DNA of 29,244 nt, taken from the IMG/VR virus record IMGVR_UViG_3300002092_000146, positions 1-29,244 of that record. One strand, 5' to 3'. Below, piece by piece: positions 25,728-29,244 of the stretch (the first letter of the stretch is position 1; each line of letters starts with the position of its first letter). The notes beneath the pieces are model-generated. The model had not been told where the DNA came from. It saw only the letters and a list, made by a program, of their open reading frames with translations, and made no database searches. Source of the DNA: a virus. Taxonomy: Duplodnaviria > Caudoviricetes. The position numbers were made by a program, and so were the translations under genes.

Positions 25728-28240
25728 TGGCAAAAGGTTTTAACGGCGGTATTATTGGAACGAGAAATCTTACCACTGGTGGTGCTGGTGGTGCTGCTAC
25801 AGGAATTTATTCGATAAATGAAGCACAGATATTCAAACTTGCGGGATTGTGGCCAGTAGATGGTCTTGTAATTTTTCCTGTAATTCAAGCATTTACTGGT
25901 TCACAATCATGGACAGTTCCTACAGGTATAACGTCAGTTGAATACCTCGTTGTTGCTGGTGGTGGTGGCGGTGGTGGTGGCGTTCCTTCACCTGGAGCAA
26001 ATGGTGGAGCAGGTGGTGCTGGTGGATTTAGAACGGGAACATCATTTCCAGTGTCACCGGGAGTATCTTATCCGATAACAGTTGGTGCTGGCGGCACTGC
26101 GGGTATAGGAGGCACTTCACCAGGATCAGGCGGTATTGGTGGAACAGGTTCAAATTCAGTATTTTCTTCAATTACTGCTATCGGTGGTGGTTACGGTGCA
26201 GCAGGTGCAACCGCTGGAGGTAACGGAGGTTCTGGCGGTGGCGGTGCAGGTGGTGGTGCGGGTGTCAATTATGCTGCTGGCACTGGAACACCGGGTCAAG
26301 GAAACAATGGTGGTACTGGTGCAGGTTCACCCGGATATTTTTCTGGTGGTGGTGGCGGTGCTGGTGCAGTAGGTGGCAGCACAGGCGGTGGACCTCTTGC
26401 TGGACCAGGCGGTGCTGGTTTAACATCATCGATCACAGGTGGTCCGGTTTACTATGCTGGTGGTGGTGGCGGTGTTGGTCCTGCCTCAAATGCTGGTGGT
26501 ATTGGTGGTGGCGGTGATGGTGGTTCAACTCCTGGTTTAGGTAATAATGGTGAAAGTGGTAAAGGTGGCGGTGGAGGTGGCGGTGGTTACACTAACTTCA
26601 ATGGTGGTGCCGGAGGTTCTGGCATTATCGTCATCAAGTATAACTCCATTCCACCAAGCGCAATTCTTACGTTTTCAAACACAGGACAATTCATTGTACC
26701 TTCAGGTGTATCACAAGTAGATTATCTTGTCGTTGCTGGTGGTGGTGGCGGTGGAAGTGGACAAGGTGCTGGTGGCGGCGCAGGTGGTGTTTTATTTGGC
26801 AGCGGTTATCCTGTTGGTTCAAATTCTGTAATTAATGTAATTGTTGGTGCTGGAGGTGGTGTTGGTCCTGCTGGCGCACCAGCACCTGCACCTTCAGGTT
26901 CAAACGGATCAAATTCTGTTTTTGGTACATTAGTTGCTGCTGGTGGAGGTGGTGGTGCAGCATATAATTTTCCTGCTGGTACTGCGACTAATGGTAGATC
27001 AGGCGGTTCTGGAGGTGGTGGAGCATCAGGCAATACTATAAAAGGTTTTGGTGGAGGAGGAACTCCCGGTCAAGGTTTTTCTGGTGGCGCATCTTATGCA
27101 AATCCTAATACTTGGGGTATTGGTGGAGGTGGCGGCGGTGCAGGTGCAGTTGGACAAGATGCCACATCTGTTTGGGGCGGCAATGGCGGCATAGGAATTT
27201 TCTCTTCTATTTCAGGTGCTAACATAGCATATGGTGGAGGTGGTGGTGGTTGCGGAGATTATAGAACAACACCAAACACAGGTATAGGTTATGGTGGCAC
27301 AGGTGGTGGTGGTAATGGTTCAATTTCTGGAACAGCATCAAGTGCAAATAATAATACTGGTGGTGGCGGTGGTGGAGGTGGTTACGGATCACCTGGAACT
27401 TTTTTAAGTGGTGGTGCAGGTGGTTCTGGTATCGTCATCGTTTCTATTCCACAATATCAAACTAGAGGTAATACATATCTTTACGCAGCATCAGGTCAAT
27501 GGACAGCACCGCCAGGAATTACTGCGGTTGACTATATTCTTGTTGCTGGTGGTGGTGGTGCAAGTGGTGATGCGGGTGCTCACGGTGGTGGTGGTGGTGA
27601 AGTATTAACCGGAACTTCTTTTCCAGTTACACCAGGACAATCTTATACTGTAACTGTTGGTGCAGGTGGAAAAGGATGGCTTCAAGGAACTCCTGGCGTT
27701 AGTTGGGGTGCAAATGGTACAAATACTTCATTTTCCACTTTGACTGCACGTTATGGTGTAGGTGGCCAAGGAAGTGGCGGTAGTCCTGGACCCTTAGGTA
27801 TAAGTAGAGGAGGTTCTTCGGGAGCGGGATGGTATTCGCCAACATATTTTGGTGGAACTGGTGTTTCTAGTCCTTTTGCTGATAAAGGTGGCGGTGGCGG
27901 CGGTGCTGGTGGAGCAGGACAAAATCAAGGCGTATTTGCACCAAACTATGCTGGCAATGGTGGTATAGGAATCTTTTCATCATTGTCGGGTTCGAATACT
28001 GGTTATGGTGGGGGTGGAGCAGGAGGTGGAGTAATTCCATATCCTGGCGGATCGTCTTATAATGGATTTGTTGATTCTTTGTATGGTGGTGGTAGAGTCG
28101 ATCCTTTTGGTGGAGTTTCTTCTCCTGCACCGTATCTAGGTGATGCTCGTATATCATCTGGTGGTGGAGGTGGTGGTGGAAATGCATATGTTGGAGGAGG
28201 TTCAGGTGGTTCCGGCATACTGATATTGAAACATATATAA
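25727..28240 (+). CDS. Polyglycine-rich putative adhesin with three tandem domains
   Basis: 837 aa, TAATG-coupled. Three units (~25890-26641, ~26665-27447, ~27478-28237) each run F/Y..S..W/F.VP.G...V(E/D)Y(L/I)(V/L)VAGGGG ... GG.GGSGI.I. Confidence 0.78.
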   Translation: MAKGFNGGIIGTRNLTTGGAGGAATGIYSINEAQIFKLAGLWPVDGLVIFPVIQAFTGSQSWTVPTGITSVEYLVVAGGGGGGGGVPSPGANGGAGGAGGFRTGTSFPVSPGVSYPITVGAGGTAGIGGTSPGSGGIGGTGSNSVFSSITAIGGGYGAAGATAGGNGGSGGGGAGGGAGVNYAAGTGTPGQGNNGGTGAGSPGYFSGGGGGAGAVGGSTGGGPLAGPGGAGLTSSITGGPVYYAGGGGGVGPASNAGGIGGGGDGGSTPGLGNNGESGKGGGGGGGGYTNFNGGAGGSGIIVIKYNSIPPSAILTFSNTGQFIVPSGVSQVDYLVVAGGGGGGSGQGAGGGAGGVLFGSGYPVGSNSVINVIVGAGGGVGPAGAPAPAPSGSNGSNSVFGTLVAAGGGGGAAYNFPAGTATNGRSGGSGGGGASGNTIKGFGGGGTPGQGFSGGASYANPNTWGIGGGGGGAGAVGQDATSVWGGNGGIGIFSSISGANIAYGGGGGGCGDYRTTPNTGIGYGGTGGGGNGSISGTASSANNNTGGGGGGGGYGSPGTFLSGGAGGSGIVIVSIPQYQTRGNTYLYAASGQWTAPPGITAVDYILVAGGGGASGDAGAHGGGGGEVLTGTSFPVTPGQSYTVTVGAGGKGWLQGTPGVSWGANGTNTSFSTLTARYGVGGQGSGGSPGPLGISRGGSSGAGWYSPTYFGGTGVSSPFADKGGGGGGAGGAGQNQGVFAPNYAGNGGIGIFSSLSGSNTGYGGGGAGGGVIPYPGGSSYNGFVDSLYGGGRVDPFGGVSSPAPYLGDARISSGGGGGGGNAYVGGGSGGSGILILKHI

Positions 28241-28251
28241 ATAACTAAATA
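28236..28251 (+). promoter_or_regulatory. Tandem T4-type late promoters TATAAATA + ACTAAATA
   Basis: Perfect TATAAATA at 28236-28243 immediately followed by ACTAAATA at 28244-28251, with an AGGAG SD before ATG 28284. Confidence 0.72.
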
Positions 28252-28283
28252 GAGTAAATTGTTTTAACTTAGGAGAGTATTAA

Positions 28284-28664
28284 ATGGCACATTTTGCACA
28301 ACTTGATGAAAATAACGTTGTTACTCAGGTCATCGTTGTAAGTAACAATGAATTACTTGACGCAAATGGTCAAGAACGTGAAGAACTTGGAGTAGCATTC
28401 TGTCAAAGATTATTTGGCGGTAACTGGAAACAAACATCGTACAATCACAATCTACGTGTACGTTATGCTGGTATCGGCTATTCGTATAATGCTGATCTTG
28501 ATGCGTTTGTTCCCCCAAAACCATATGCTTCGTGGACACTTAACACAGAAACGGCAGCATGGGATGCACCAAAAGCAATGCCTTCAGATCAAGGTACAGG
28601 CGATCCAATTAAGCATTACTATTGGAACGAAGAAGCACAAGATTGGCAATTACCAGAAGCGTAA
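28284..28664 (+). CDS. Small protein accompanying Gly-rich adhesins (putative chaperone or cap)
   Basis: 126 aa with MAHFAQLDENNVVTQVIVV, WKQTSYN...R..YAGIGYSY...LDAF.PPKPY.SW.L and Y.WNE..Q.W motifs and a strong SD. Function is inferred from context. Confidence 0.75.
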   Translation: MAHFAQLDENNVVTQVIVVSNNELLDANGQEREELGVAFCQRLFGGNWKQTSYNHNLRVRYAGIGYSYNADLDAFVPPKPYASWTLNTETAAWDAPKAMPSDQGTGDPIKHYYWNEEAQDWQLPEA

Positions 28665-28682
28665 TTCAGTTTCATTTCAAAG

Positions 28683-28706
28683 AACCCTGCTACGGCAGGG
28701 TTTTTT
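28683..28706 (+). terminator. Rho-independent terminator
   Basis: AACCCTGC-TACG-GCAGGGTT-TTTT: a perfect stem with a C(UACG)G tetraloop and a U tract, ~19 nt after the stop at 28664. Confidence 0.92.
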
Positions 28707-28724
28707 ATTAGTGGTATAAGATTG

Positions 28725-28732
28725 ACTAAATA
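28725..28732 (+). promoter_or_regulatory. T4-type late promoter (ACTAAATA)
   Basis: TAAATA core directly downstream of the terminator and upstream of the AGGAG SD at 28761. Confidence 0.62.
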
Positions 28733-28772
28733 GACTATTAGATAAAAGATAACCTATCCGAGGAGAATTAAA

Positions 28773-29108
28773 ATTTCAGCATACGTAGAACTTACAATAG
28801 AACAAGGTGCGAATTTAATTTCAACTGTTTCTGTCAATGACAATCAAGGTGATGCAGTAAATTTAGCAACATACACAGCATCTTCTCAACTACGCAAGTC
28901 TTATTATTCCTCATCTGCAAACACCATGTCGGCTATCATTACTGGTAATGCCAATGGTCAGATTACTCTAACAATGACCGCAGCAAACACTGCTAACCTT
29001 ACTCCAGGTCGGTATGTCTATGATTTGACTATTCGCAATTCCGTAGACAACTCCGTGACCCGTGTAGTCGAAGGAACCGCAGTTGTATTACCATCCGTTA
29101 CGAGGTAA
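28773..29108 (+). CDS. Conserved ~111-aa Ig-like virion protein with a probable AUU start
   Basis: The track ORF 28926..29108 extends 51 codons upstream in frame: (M)SAYVELTIEQGANLISTVSVNDNQGDAVNLATYTASSQLRKSYYSSSANT-MSAII...GRYVYD...RVVEG...V.PSVTR. AGGAG sits 7 nt before ATT at 28773. Confidence 0.75.
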   Translation: MSAYVELTIEQGANLISTVSVNDNQGDAVNLATYTASSQLRKSYYSSSANTMSAIITGNANGQITLTMTAANTANLTPGRYVYDLTIRNSVDNSVTRVVEGTAVVLPSVTR

Positions 29109-29111
29109 GAA

Positions 29112-29244
29112 ATGGCAATAGATATCGGTAGGGTTGTAATTAATCAACCCAACAGAACAACAATAACATCACCGAATTATCGTCCCAAACCAAACGTTGC
29201 TTTTGCTGAGATTAATGATGTATCGACGGATGGTTTACAAGATG
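29112..29244 (+). CDS. Hypothetical protein (truncated at the window edge)
   Basis: ATG at 29112 preceded by GAGG. It reads MAIDIGRVVINQPNRTTITSPNYRPKPNVAFAEINDVSTDGLQD and is open to the end. Confidence 0.65.
   Translation, partial: MAIDIGRVVINQPNRTTITSPNYRPKPNVAFAEINDVSTDGLQD

Noticed and set aside
24887-28187. Poly-Pro, poly-His and poly-Val ORFs in alternative frames (e.g. 24966..25262, 26806..27033, 27867..28187, 26136..26372)
   Set aside because: They are shadows of GGT/GGN glycine codon runs in the real genes and have no independent translation signals.
19763-28240. Diversity-generating retroelement or invertase shufflon acting on the adhesin array
   Set aside because: There is no reverse transcriptase or recombinase in the window and all cassettes are on one strand. 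I found no near-identical ~100-bp pair with adenine-only mismatches and no inverted crossover sites by eye. A remote element elsewhere in the genome cannot be excluded.
741-29108. No TAG stop among the called genes (possible stop-codon recoding)
   Set aside because: Long genes translate uninterrupted in the standard code, so there are no in-frame TAG/TGA codons to support reassignment. TAA preference is expected in an AT-rich phage.

Overview
The whole window is the virion morphogenesis region of a large T4-like myophage, with cyanophage/pelagiphage-type gene order and no recognisable gp9-gp12 or wac. The host cannot be determined from the sequence. On the minus strand are gp2 (partial) and gp4. 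The plus strand carries a baseplate operon: gp48, gp53, a probable gp27-like hub, gp5, gp25, gp6, gp7, gp8 and a 2071-aa DUF4815/VrlC-like structural protein. From ~19.1 kb there follows a modular array of small 'adapter' paralogues, short repeat fibres, polyglycine-rich (gp38-adhesin-like) proteins and putative chaperones. T4-type late promoters (NNTAAATA) and one clear intrinsic terminator are present. The most notable observations are: (i) a repeated adapter + polyglycine-adhesin cassette system that includes an unannotated 49-aa internally collapsed member; (ii) a Russian-doll nested domain stack in gp7; (iii) a lysozyme-less gp5 ending in a P2-gpV-type HxH apex with no adjacent PAAR gene; (iv) a gene that apparently starts at AUU; (v) probable leaderless late mRNAs. 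All family assignments come from motif recognition by eye and synteny; no database searches were run.
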